A DNA stretch of 53,269 nt from an uncultured Bifidobacteriaceae bacterium. GTDB taxonomy: Bacteria; Verrucomicrobiota; Verrucomicrobiia; Limisphaerales; JADLHS01. The position numbers and the translations under genes were made by a program. Shown here piece by piece: positions 28,600 through 37,179 of the stretch (its first letter is position 1; every line of letters starts with the position of its first letter). The stretch is from assembly GCA_964574525.1 (NCBI GenBank), contig CAZNOE010000002.1, positions 1 through 53,269 of the forward strand, in the 5' to 3' direction. The notes beneath the pieces were generated by a model that saw nothing but the letters and a program-made list of their open reading frames with translations, made no database searches and was not told where the DNA came from.

Positions 28600-30765
28600 T
28601 TAATTGGAGGAAGTGAGCGGCGCTTTGGCGAGTTCAATGTCCTTTTCCACCGCCGGGATGAGCGCGGCCCACGAGAACGGGTCTATCGAGTTGTGAAGCA
28701 CGGGCAGTTGGTTGAACCGTCCGCCCAAGTCGGCGAGCCGTTTCCAATGCGTCAACGCCGTTTCCAGTTCCGTCACCGCGCGCTGCTGTTGTTTCAAATC
28801 CTGCCTGGCCCGGGCTGTAGCCAGCGCCACTCCGGCGCGCAGCTTGGCGGCGAAGTAATCGCTGTAGGCGCACCACGCTTCGAGGTCCGTAAGCTCGCAA
28901 TCCAGTGTGGGCGAAACCGCGCCTTGTCGCCGCACCTTGGCAACCAGTTTCAGGGCGGCCGCGCGGTCACGGTCGAGTTGGCCAGCAAGTTCCAGCGGCG
29001 AAACCGCGCCAGCCGGGACTTGCCCGGTCTTTACGAAGTCGGCGATGTTCACGTAGCGTTTCGTGTCGAGCACCGGATGCTTGATGAACGAATCAATGTC
29101 GAACAGCTTTCGCGGGAGCTTGTCACGGTCAGTCCAGGACGAAAAGCCTTCGGTGTAAAGCGAGCCATCCCACGTGCCCTTGCGAAACGATGCGAAGCGC
29201 AGCGGGACGCGGCTGGCCAGTTTCCACGCAGCGAGCAAATCCTTTCCCGCGCCTTTGCCAAATCGTGCGTCGAACATCGCCTCGAATCGCGCGTCCGGTG
29301 TGGCGGGATCGTAGAGCAGTTGTCCCCAGACTGCATAGAAAAGCCATTGCCGCTGGAAAGCCCATTGCCACGTCTTGTGCGGGCCGTCCTTCGAAATGTA
29401 ATCCAGTGCCGGGATGTAACACTCCGAGCCGATGATGGCGCCGCCGACGTAATCCTTGTCGCTCTGCCGTTGGACGAATTCCCGCACAAAGTCCGGCTGC
29501 CCCCAGCGCAGGATGTAGATGTCCTCATTGCGCATCGTCCAGACCACCTTGTGCCGCGTGGGTGGCGGATTCCAATAGGCATCGGAGAGCGGGCCGCCGT
29601 GAACATGAAACAAATCGGGCGAGGAATGGGCGTGCGACCAGTTGTGTTTGAACTCCACATAGACCGGCCCGGTGATGTTGTTCGAGAGCGACTCGATCTG
29701 GGCGCGCGTGCGACGGTCGTTTTCCACGCTGGTCGTTCCACCTGATCGGGTGTCAGCCGAAAGCGGCGCACGGTAGATGAACTTCGCCGGCCGCTTGGCC
29801 TCGGCGATGCCGGCGAAAAATGTCTGGTCCAGCCAATCGCGCCGCTGATCCGGCGTCATGCCGCCCATGCGTTCGCCCAAGGTGATGCCCAGGCCGGTCA
29901 GGTCAGGATATTCATCCAGCAACTGCGTGATGACTTCCTTGGTGTAACGCACCACCAGATCCCCGGTGAAATCATCCTGCCCGCCGATGTGACTCAAACT
30001 CACGCTCCAGGGGGCGACGTTGTGCGCGCGGGAAAATTCCGGCGAGACGAAGATGTTCCAGTTAAGCAGATAGGTTTCAATGCCGCGTTCCTTCGCCATC
30101 GCGAAGATGCCGCTCCAAAGCTTCTTCCATTCAGCCAGCTCGGCGTCGTTGAACGGGCAGGCCTCCGGAAAGTTCTTGGGCCGGATCATGTAGGTGTAGG
30201 GGTGCAGACTCCAAAGCGAGAGCACGTTGAACCGGTTCTCGGCCATCATGTCGAGGAACGCTTCCCAATACCGGAGGTCCTTGCAGGTCTCCTGGTGTTG
30301 CTCAAGGGCCGGACTCGTTCGATAGGCAGACCACGGCAGGTTGAACTTGATCGCGCGAAAATCGAGCTGCGCCTTGACCGTGCGCTCCTTGATCTTGTTC
30401 CAAGGCGTGCCCATGCGGATTTGCTCCGCCACCTCCAGCACGCCATACATGGCCCCGCGCTCGTCGCCGGCGGTGATCTTCAGTCCACGGCGCGCCTTGA
30501 CCCTTTGAAAGCCGTCCGGGCCAATCGTGGCGAGCGCCGTGGGATCAACGGTGACGGCAATCCCGGGAGTTGGATCGGGCGCAGGATGCGCCGTTCGCCT
30601 CAGAGAATCACCTTGTTGTTGAAGTGCCGCGTCCAGTTTGCCCAGCGCGAAGCGAAGCATCGGAGAATCGGGCGCCGAGACGCTGACTTCGGCAGCTTTC
30701 AACGTTGCTGCGCAGGCCAACAGCGTGGCCGGTAGTAGTGCGAGTCGGATGAGGTTGAATTTCAT
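28600..30765 (-). CDS. Secreted glycosidase-like family protein, paralog 6 (most divergent)
   Basis: ORF 28600..30957 trimmed to ATG 30765 (MKFNLIRLALLPATLLACAATLKA signal). Motifs GDERGAMYGVLEVAEQI, AIKFNLP, NRFNVLSLWSLHP, LNWNIFV, GITLGERMGG, RNEDIYILRWGQP, VWGQLLYDP, AAKLRAG. Confidence 0.85.
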   Translation of the reverse strand: MKFNLIRLALLPATLLACAATLKAAEVSVSAPDSPMLRFALGKLDAALQQQGDSLRRTAHPAPDPTPGIAVTVDPTALATIGPDGFQRVKARRGLKITAGDERGAMYGVLEVAEQIRMGTPWNKIKERTVKAQLDFRAIKFNLPWSAYRTSPALEQHQETCKDLRYWEAFLDMMAENRFNVLSLWSLHPYTYMIRPKNFPEACPFNDAELAEWKKLWSGIFAMAKERGIETYLLNWNIFVSPEFSRAHNVAPWSVSLSHIGGQDDFTGDLVVRYTKEVITQLLDEYPDLTGLGITLGERMGGMTPDQRRDWLDQTFFAGIAEAKRPAKFIYRAPLSADTRSGGTTSVENDRRTRAQIESLSNNITGPVYVEFKHNWSHAHSSPDLFHVHGGPLSDAYWNPPPTRHKVVWTMRNEDIYILRWGQPDFVREFVQRQSDKDYVGGAIIGSECYIPALDYISKDGPHKTWQWAFQRQWLFYAVWGQLLYDPATPDARFEAMFDARFGKGAGKDLLAAWKLASRVPLRFASFRKGTWDGSLYTEGFSSWTDRDKLPRKLFDIDSFIKHPVLDTKRYVNIADFVKTGQVPAGAVSPLELAGQLDRDRAAALKLVAKVRRQGAVSPTLDCELTDLEAWCAYSDYFAAKLRAGVALATARARQDLKQQQRAVTELETALTHWKRLADLGGRFNQLPVLHNSIDPFSWAALIPAVEKDIELAKAPLTSSN

Positions 30766-30775
30766 AGGTGATGGT

Positions 30776-31774
30776 TTACTTCGCATGCGCCGGCTGGAAC
30801 GGCCGCGCCGACGGTTTATCCGCACTCGGAAAATCAGCGGGGATCTTTTGCGTGACCTTGCCCGTGGCCGCCCATTCCGTGCCGCGCAGAAAAGTGGTGA
30901 TGAATCCCACGCCCTCGAACGCCTCCGTGTCATGGCCGAGCGTGGTATGAAAGACACGGCCCTTCTGGTACTCCACCGTCATCAACATCGGCTCGTGGCG
31001 GCCGGCGGCCTTGAGTGCGGGTGAATCGCAGGCCGTCGCGAGGATGGTCAGGTTCTCCGCCGGGCCGCGCAGGTGCGAATAACATTCGTCCTGGGTGTGC
31101 ATCCAAAAATCCGGCAGGCCTTTTGTGATGGGATGCTCATGGTTGCGGATGGTCACGACGAATTCATTCTGTGGCCCGTGTCTGCCCGCCTTGCCCGGAC
31201 TCGTGTCGCGCACGATTTTGCCCTCGTTGTTGTAATACACGAACGGCCCGTCCTTCTCCGTGCGGTCGCCCCAGCCGCCCAAAGCGATCATTTTGTTGAA
31301 CTCGGTCCAGTTGCCCCAACTGTTGTCCGCAGCGTGGACGGAAACAAATCCGCCGCCGCCCGTCACGTATTTTTCAAAGGCCCGCTGCGTTGCCTCCGGC
31401 CAGTCGGCAGCCCGCCAACCGAAGTTGCTGATGACGACCGCGTATTTGGCGAAGTCTGGTTTGAAATTCGGATCGGGCTGCGGCTCTTTCACCATTTCAG
31501 ACTCACCCGCGCCGGCCAGCGGCAGAAACGCCTTCTCGCGCTCGGCGCTCCAGATGAATTTCGTGCGCGCCACGTCCACCGTGAACAACCCCGTGGCTTC
31601 GAGGTATTGCTTCATCATCACCGTGGACTTCGGCCAGACCTGGTGGTTGTTCTGACCGTCAACGATCAGGGCTTTCAATTTATCCGCCGCGTGCAGGGCC
31701 GGGGTCAAGCCCAGCAGCAGCACGATGGCTGTGGTGCGGAAAAGAGTTTTTCCGGAGTTAACTGGCTTGTTCAT
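30776..31774 (-). CDS. ThuA-domain protein (trehalose-utilisation-like), secreted
   Basis: Signal peptide ...IVLLLGLTPALHA, then KALIVDGQNNHQVWPKST, typical of PVC-type ThuA-domain proteins. The start ATG overlaps the upstream stop (ATGA, 31771-31774). Confidence 0.75.
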   Translation of the reverse strand: MNKPVNSGKTLFRTTAIVLLLGLTPALHAADKLKALIVDGQNNHQVWPKSTVMMKQYLEATGLFTVDVARTKFIWSAEREKAFLPLAGAGESEMVKEPQPDPNFKPDFAKYAVVISNFGWRAADWPEATQRAFEKYVTGGGGFVSVHAADNSWGNWTEFNKMIALGGWGDRTEKDGPFVYYNNEGKIVRDTSPGKAGRHGPQNEFVVTIRNHEHPITKGLPDFWMHTQDECYSHLRGPAENLTILATACDSPALKAAGRHEPMLMTVEYQKGRVFHTTLGHDTEAFEGVGFITTFLRGTEWAATGKVTQKIPADFPSADKPSARPFQPAHAK

Positions 31775-32550
31775 GGTTTTGATTGTTTGGGTCGGTCAAA
31801 CTTTCCCGGCGCAGCCGGCGCACGGCGCGGCGGCAATTCCATCGGCAGCGCGTAACGCTCCGGATGCCCGGTGATGAAGCGGATGTTCTTCAAACGGATG
31901 GCGCTCTGTGCAGCCTTGGGGTTGTTGCCGAGGGAGTGAATCTTGAAGGCGATGCGGCCCTTCCGATATTTTTCATCCACCAGATGGCAGGTCGGCACAC
32001 CGTTGACCCAGACCTTGATCGTCGCACCGATGCACTCGATGCGGAAACGCGCCCACTCGCCGAGCTTGAACGCGGCGCGGCCACGCTCGTTGTCCGCCAG
32101 ATCGTGCAGCCACTTCCAGGAATCGCCGAAGTCATCGAAGACGCCGCCAGTCCAGGCGCGCGGAGTGTTGTCAATTTTGACCTGATACGCGTTGAGCCGC
32201 ACCTTCGCGTCGGCGGAGGCATCCACGCAACGCAGCAAAATGCCGCTGTTGAAGCCGGGATCGTCCTTCACATCGAGTTCCAGGATGAAATCGTCGTATT
32301 CGCGCTCCGAGGCGACGAACGTGTGCTCAATCGTGTTGCTCCGTTGCCGCAGCACCATCGCGCCGTCCTCGACCACGACGGGCGCGGGATTGGTCAGGGC
32401 GACAATCTTCCAGCCGGTCAAGTCCCGCCCGTTGAAGAGCGACACCCAGGGCTCAGCGGCAGCCTTCGGCTCAGCCGCGTCCAGACACAATGCCGAAGCC
32501 AACGATGCCAAGATCAAGGGTTGAGCGAATCCCAGCGACCGACGTTTCAC
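31771..32550 (-). CDS. DUF1080 (Pfam name: 3-keto-disaccharide hydrolase) domain protein, secreted
   Basis: Motifs WVSLFNGRDLTGWK ... GRIAFKIH...IRLKNIRF. The ORF-track start at 32652 is TTG and overlaps the upstream gene. I chose GTG 32550 (VKRRSLGFAQPLILASLASALCLDA signal); GTG 32565/32580 are alternatives. Confidence 0.75.
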   Translation of the reverse strand: MKRRSLGFAQPLILASLASALCLDAAEPKAAAEPWVSLFNGRDLTGWKIVALTNPAPVVVEDGAMVLRQRSNTIEHTFVASEREYDDFILELDVKDDPGFNSGILLRCVDASADAKVRLNAYQVKIDNTPRAWTGGVFDDFGDSWKWLHDLADNERGRAAFKLGEWARFRIECIGATIKVWVNGVPTCHLVDEKYRKGRIAFKIHSLGNNPKAAQSAIRLKNIRFITGHPERYALPMELPPRRAPAAPGKFDRPKQSKP

Positions 32551-32597
32551 TTGAATTGTTCGCACAAGTTGATCTTCCACATTCAAACCATGAGCCG

Positions 32598-34850
32598 TCA
32601 GCCCTTCTCGGCGATGGCGATGTCGAGTTGCGGCCCTGAATCGTCGAACCAATCAAACGTTTTCTGGCCGGAGATAAACAGCTTGTTTGTGTAGCTGGCA
32701 TCCAATTCCTTGGCGTAATTGCGCCAAGCGGTCAGGGCGTTCTTCAGGTGGGCGACAGCGTCTTTTTGGTGCTGGCTCACGCCTGTCTTGCGGAATAAAC
32801 CGAGTGCCACCGCTCCGCGAATCTTGGCGGCGTAATACTGCCCGAGCCGAGCTTGCGTCCGGATGTCGCCGAGAGTCTCGCGGAGTTCCACATTTCCGCC
32901 ATTACTCACACCGGAAATCGTTGTCAGCGCTTTTTCGGCCAGCTCGTCCAGTTGGGTTGCCACCTGCAAGGGAGTGGTCCCCGAGGTCTTCTTCTGGGAA
33001 ACAAAATCAGGAATGCCGATGATTCCCGAGCCTTCCATGCCGCCCCATCGTTCATCCAGGAAAATATTTACGGTATGGAAACCCTGAATGCTCTTGTCCA
33101 ACAGGTTGCCTCTGCATCCTTCGACCCACCACATAAAGTCCCACGGGACGTACCGAGTTCTGTTCACAAGCGGTATGATTTGGGAGGCAGACTGCCAGGA
33201 ATCATATAGAGCGGTGGCGTCCGAAAGCTGGAAGCGATGTTTGATGAGTCCTTTGAGCAATTCGGGAGAGGTCTCGGGATCGTATCCGAGCCTTCCCCAC
33301 AAGAGGAAGGAATACCAGTGCTTGTCGTTTTCCAACTGCCGGGGCGAAGTGGGATTCTTGCTCGCGCTTTCCCTGCCCCAGCAAAATCTGTCTGAACCCC
33401 AGACGTAGCCCGCAGTCCTGCCGTCGCCGGGAAAGTTCAAGACTGCCTGCTTCACATACTCCGGGTCGCCCCAGCGCACGAGGAAGATGTCGTCATTCCG
33501 GAGATTCCACCAAGTCTTCATTCCGGCTGGCGTCACATCCAGCACATCCTTTTTCGCAAAAGGCGGATTCGGCGCAGAGTAAAGGCGCGCTTTCGAGTAT
33601 TTGTATTCCAAGTCAAAGCCATCGGGTAGTTTATTGAAACGATTGCCGATATACTTGAAATCCGTCAGCCAGTAGCGGTGGACGAACCCGATCTTGCGGT
33701 CGGGATTCATCTTCTTGTAGTCGAGGATGCCTTCGCCATAAACATCCCAGCACCATTGCTCCTTGAAGTCGTGATCTTTGTTCTTGTCGCCAAAATTTTC
33801 TCCGGGGCACATGCCCAAGCCGGCCAACTTCGGGTAAGTGAGAAAAAGCTGCGTGACGGCTTTGCGGATATAATCCTTGGTGATCGCGTTGGTCGGGCTG
33901 TCCGTCAAACCATACTTCGTGTCTTCGCTGCCATACACATGGATGTTCCAGACATACCACCAAACCTCGATTCCCCGGTCTTGCGCGTAGGCCATGACCT
34001 TTTGCCAGAAAATTATTTTTTCGGCATGGGTCATTTTCTTGATCAGTTCCCCACGCTTGTCATAGACATCATCCAAGGCCACATCCTCGTAGCCGGGCAC
34101 TTTGACCAGGGTAGGAAAAGGATGCCGGTTCCAAAGACTGAGAACGTTGTAACGCTGCTTGGTTATGGTATCGAGATACTCCTTCCAGAAGTTCAAATCC
34201 CACACGTGTTTGAAGTTTTCCCGACCGGATGTTCCATTGTCATCGAAACTAGGCTGTCGTTTATCAAGCGGTATGTTGAATTTAATTCCCCGCTTCGCGA
34301 TGTAAGGCTTGTGGTCGCCATTAGCGACGTCTGCGATTGAGCCGGCAGACGCAATCTCGCCGATGTCTATGCCGCCATACATCGCGCCGACGCGATCACC
34401 GCCGATGGCCCAAAAACCCTTCTTGCCGCCGTTATAGGTCTTCCTGAGAGCGTAGGTTTCCTCGCCCATAGTGCCGGGTTTTTGGCCGCCGCGGGTCTCC
34501 AACAGTCGCAGCACAGGTTGAGAGGTGTTCTTGGCGATAACCACATAACACGTATCCGGCGCAGCGGGCATTTCAGCGAATGTTTTCAGAGTAGCCGGAT
34601 TGTGGCCGATCGAGCTGAGGGTCTTCTGAAGCTCCCGGGCGGAGAATTCAATGGAGGGTTCCGTGTTGTCATAATAGACCACAACGGCTTCGCGCGAAAT
34701 CCTGGTCGGAACGGCTGCCTTTTTCTCCCCCGGAGTCGGTGTCGTGGTTGCACTGATATTGGCAGCGGCAGCCGTTGTGTTTGCTCCTGCCATTCCTCCT
34801 GCTATCAAGAGTAGCAGAAATGCCTGCAGTAGTCTGTTTGTCGTTTTCAT
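32598..34850 (-). CDS. Secreted glycosidase-like family protein, paralog 7
   Basis: 750-aa ORF with signal peptide MKTTNRLLQAFLLLLIAGGMAGA. Motifs GGDRVGAMYGGIDIGE, KRGIKFNIPLD, KQRYNVLSLWNRHPFPTLVKV, YVWNIHVYG, CPGENFG, RNDDIFLVRWGDP, LWGRLGYDP, YYAAKIRGA. Confidence 0.88.
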   Translation of the reverse strand: MKTTNRLLQAFLLLLIAGGMAGANTTAAAANISATTTPTPGEKKAAVPTRISREAVVVYYDNTEPSIEFSARELQKTLSSIGHNPATLKTFAEMPAAPDTCYVVIAKNTSQPVLRLLETRGGQKPGTMGEETYALRKTYNGGKKGFWAIGGDRVGAMYGGIDIGEIASAGSIADVANGDHKPYIAKRGIKFNIPLDKRQPSFDDNGTSGRENFKHVWDLNFWKEYLDTITKQRYNVLSLWNRHPFPTLVKVPGYEDVALDDVYDKRGELIKKMTHAEKIIFWQKVMAYAQDRGIEVWWYVWNIHVYGSEDTKYGLTDSPTNAITKDYIRKAVTQLFLTYPKLAGLGMCPGENFGDKNKDHDFKEQWCWDVYGEGILDYKKMNPDRKIGFVHRYWLTDFKYIGNRFNKLPDGFDLEYKYSKARLYSAPNPPFAKKDVLDVTPAGMKTWWNLRNDDIFLVRWGDPEYVKQAVLNFPGDGRTAGYVWGSDRFCWGRESASKNPTSPRQLENDKHWYSFLLWGRLGYDPETSPELLKGLIKHRFQLSDATALYDSWQSASQIIPLVNRTRYVPWDFMWWVEGCRGNLLDKSIQGFHTVNIFLDERWGGMEGSGIIGIPDFVSQKKTSGTTPLQVATQLDELAEKALTTISGVSNGGNVELRETLGDIRTQARLGQYYAAKIRGAVALGLFRKTGVSQHQKDAVAHLKNALTAWRNYAKELDASYTNKLFISGQKTFDWFDDSGPQLDIAIAEKG

Positions 34851-34928
34851 ATTGTTAGCAGTGAATCAAGCGTCTCTCTCTGGTCGGGCGAAGACTTTTT
34901 TTGCTTGAGCCCCCGGGGTTGGGCGATG

Positions 34929-34969
34929 AAAAAAGCGGGGCTTGCCGGCTTGTCGCTGGAAAGCCCCGC
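34929..34969 (-). terminator. Intrinsic-terminator-like hairpin with U-tract between 35201..36475 and 32598..34850
   Basis: Minus strand reads GCGGGGCTT-(17 nt)-AAGCCCCGC followed by TTTTTT (plus-strand A-run 34929-34934; stems 34935-43 / 34961-69). It lies 79 nt upstream of the ATG at 34850. Confidence 0.55.
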
Positions 34970-35139
34970 CAACCCAACCCATACCCACAGTCCCAAATCT
35001 CCACAACACGCGCACTGTTGGCACTCGTGCAGGAATCGCTGCACATCACTAGGCGTCTCCGTCCAGAACCGGGCGACCACGGCGTCGGCCACACCCGTAG
35101 ACCGCGACAGCAAACAATCGTCAAGACGCGGCAGGTCAA

Positions 35140-35182
35140 GTACCACAGCGGCGCTGGTCTTGACACCTGCACAATGATGTAG
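35140..35182 (-). promoter_or_regulatory. Third copy (core only) of the conserved leader motif
   Basis: ttgacacctgcacaatgatgtag (35160-35182) matches the 18532-18554 / 19632-19654 core at 21/23 positions. The flanking ccacag-N11 is also shared. It lies 19 nt past the stop of 35201..36475 and ~310 nt upstream of ATG 34850. Confidence 0.45.
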
Positions 35183-35200
35183 CCAAAAGGGCTTTAGATT

Positions 35201-36475
35201 TTACGCTTTGCGTTCACTCTTTTGATACGTGGCGGCTTTCAACCACTCCGGATTGACCTTTACGCCCCAGCCCGGGCCGGCTTCGAAGCTCGCCCGGCCG
35301 TCCTTCACAAACGGGCTCGGGCCAAAAAGCTGGGTTGCCTGCTGGTTCACGCCGCCAGGTTCGATGCTCCATTCCATCATCGGGCCGGCGTTTGGCAGGG
35401 CGGCAAAGAGGTGCAGCGTGAACAGCGTGACCATTGAATGATTCGCCGAGTGTGGCACAACGGTTTTGCCCGCGAGTCCCGCCAGCAATCCCACCCGCCA
35501 GGTGCGCGTGATGCCACCGAGGTAAAGCACGTCCGGCTGCACGATGTCCACGGCGTTCATCCGAATCATGCGCCGCCATTGCGCGAGGTCGTTGTCCTGC
35601 TCGCCGCCCGCGACCTGGATTTTCAATGCACCGGCGACTTCCGCCGTCCATTCCAGCTCCCAATACGGACACGGCTCTTCGTAGTGGTTGTAGCCCTGAT
35701 CTTCCAGGATGCGGCCGATGGCGATGGCGCGCGGCGGGGTGAAGCCGCTGTTGGCGTCGGCCTTGAGTGCGACGGCGTCGCCGAGCGCCTTGCGCACCGT
35801 GGGAATGATTTTTTCACTGCGACCCGGCGCGGCGTCCAAGTCATGGCCATTTTCCTTGGCGACGCGGATTTTGAATCCGCGAAAACCCTCAGTGTCGCGC
35901 AGTTTCACCAGTCGTGCGGCTTCGTCCTCCGGCGAAATCGTCCGGCTCATGCTCGAACCATAGGCGGGCAGCGGACGCACCTTGCCGCCGAGCAATTCCG
36001 CGACGGGTTTCTGTTTGATCCGGCCATAAAGATCCCAGATGGCGGTGTCCACGCCGCCAATCGCGCGGCAGACGAACGACCAGGGGAACTTGTGGTTGGC
36101 GTCAATGCAGTGATCCACAATAGCGTCAATGTCCGCCGGGTCTTTGCCCAGCACCAGCGGCGCGATCTTGCGGTGGAGCGTCAGCACGCTGATCTCAGTT
36201 TCATAGGTGGCAATCTGGCCGTAGCCTTCCTGACCGTCAGCAGTCGTCACGCGCACGATGGCGAACATGCCTTGGTTGAACGTCTCGATCTTCTGGATGA
36301 TGCGGCCCGGTTCGATGACGCGAAACTCGGTGTAATCGTCAGGTCGCCCGTGGTAGGAGTAACTGCGCTTGACGGGCACGGCAACAGACTCCGCCGCCGA
36401 ACCGATTCCTGGCAATCCAATGGCCGCGCCCGAAGTGAGCACGGTCGCATTCTTCAAGAATTCCCGGCGTTGCAT
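35201..36475 (-). CDS. Enolase-superfamily enzyme (mandelate racemase/muconate lactonizing enzyme family, acid-sugar-dehydratase-like) with Tat signal
   Basis: The ORF-track start 36481 is TTG; the first ATG is 36475, giving MQRREFLKNATVLTSGAAIGLPGIGSA (near-consensus RREFLK Tat motif). Metal-ligand and catalytic motif order FKIRVA, KADANSGF, YEEP, AGGEQD, IVQPDV, VPHS. Confidence 0.85.
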   Translation of the reverse strand: MQRREFLKNATVLTSGAAIGLPGIGSAAESVAVPVKRSYSYHGRPDDYTEFRVIEPGRIIQKIETFNQGMFAIVRVTTADGQEGYGQIATYETEISVLTLHRKIAPLVLGKDPADIDAIVDHCIDANHKFPWSFVCRAIGGVDTAIWDLYGRIKQKPVAELLGGKVRPLPAYGSSMSRTISPEDEAARLVKLRDTEGFRGFKIRVAKENGHDLDAAPGRSEKIIPTVRKALGDAVALKADANSGFTPPRAIAIGRILEDQGYNHYEEPCPYWELEWTAEVAGALKIQVAGGEQDNDLAQWRRMIRMNAVDIVQPDVLYLGGITRTWRVGLLAGLAGKTVVPHSANHSMVTLFTLHLFAALPNAGPMMEWSIEPGGVNQQATQLFGPSPFVKDGRASFEAGPGWGVKVNPEWLKAATYQKSERKA

Positions 36476-36536
36476 ATTCAATCCTAGATTTGCTTAAGGT
36501 TGCATTCGATTCAGGTGCGGTAAGCCAATGACCGAC

Positions 36537-37151
36537 TCATTGGCCTAGCGGCCTCAACTTAATATTGCGAAACTTGACCATCCCTTGCCCCTGGAACTGT
36601 TGCAATCCGATCGGCCCGAACTTCTCACGATCATCGTGTGTATCCACAACCACGCGACCATCGAACCGCACCACCAAATGATTGCCCTGCGCGGTGATGT
36701 GGTAGCTGTTCCAGCGGCCAGCCGAGCGGATGTCGCCCTGCCGCAGAGCGATTTCGTTGATGCTGCCGGTCGGCCATTTCAAGTGCGCGTCGTAGATGTT
36801 CACTTCATACGCATTGGTTGCGGAGATTGGACCACTGATCGGACAACGCAGGAACACGCCGCTGTTTGCCACCGCGTCCACCCAGAAATCCACTTTCAAC
36901 TCGAAGTTGTCATAGCTCTTCGCCGTGCAGAGAAAGCCCGGGCCAGTGCCAGCGCGATACACGATGGCCCCGTCCACCACGTCCCAACGCGCCTGGTCGC
37001 GCGGCGTCCAGCCGGCCAGGCTTTCGCCGTCAAACAACGGCACCCAGCCGGCCTGTTTTTCGACGGGTGTGAGTTGGTTCAACTTCAGATCGGTCGTGGC
37101 GCAACCCGCGAGCAACCCCAGCGCACAGAGCGAGAGATATTTGAGGTTCAC
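36537..37151 (-). CDS. DUF1080 domain lipoprotein
   Basis: GTG start at 37151. Lipobox (M)NLKYLSLCALGLLAGC. Motifs WVPLFDGESLAGWTP ... GPIGLQQFQGQGMVKFRNIKLRPL. Confidence 0.75.
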   Translation of the reverse strand: MNLKYLSLCALGLLAGCATTDLKLNQLTPVEKQAGWVPLFDGESLAGWTPRDQARWDVVDGAIVYRAGTGPGFLCTAKSYDNFELKVDFWVDAVANSGVFLRCPISGPISATNAYEVNIYDAHLKWPTGSINEIALRQGDIRSAGRWNSYHITAQGNHLVVRFDGRVVVDTHDDREKFGPIGLQQFQGQGMVKFRNIKLRPLGQ

Positions 37152-37179
37152 GATTGAAGAGTGGATGTCTGGTCGTGGT

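Noticed and set aside
34847-35172. ORFs 34847-35146 and 34855-35172 (minus) in the 350-nt intergenic region.
   Set aside because: No start context, low-complexity or Cys/Trp-odd composition, and overlap with the terminator hairpin and the leader core. They are better explained as non-coding.
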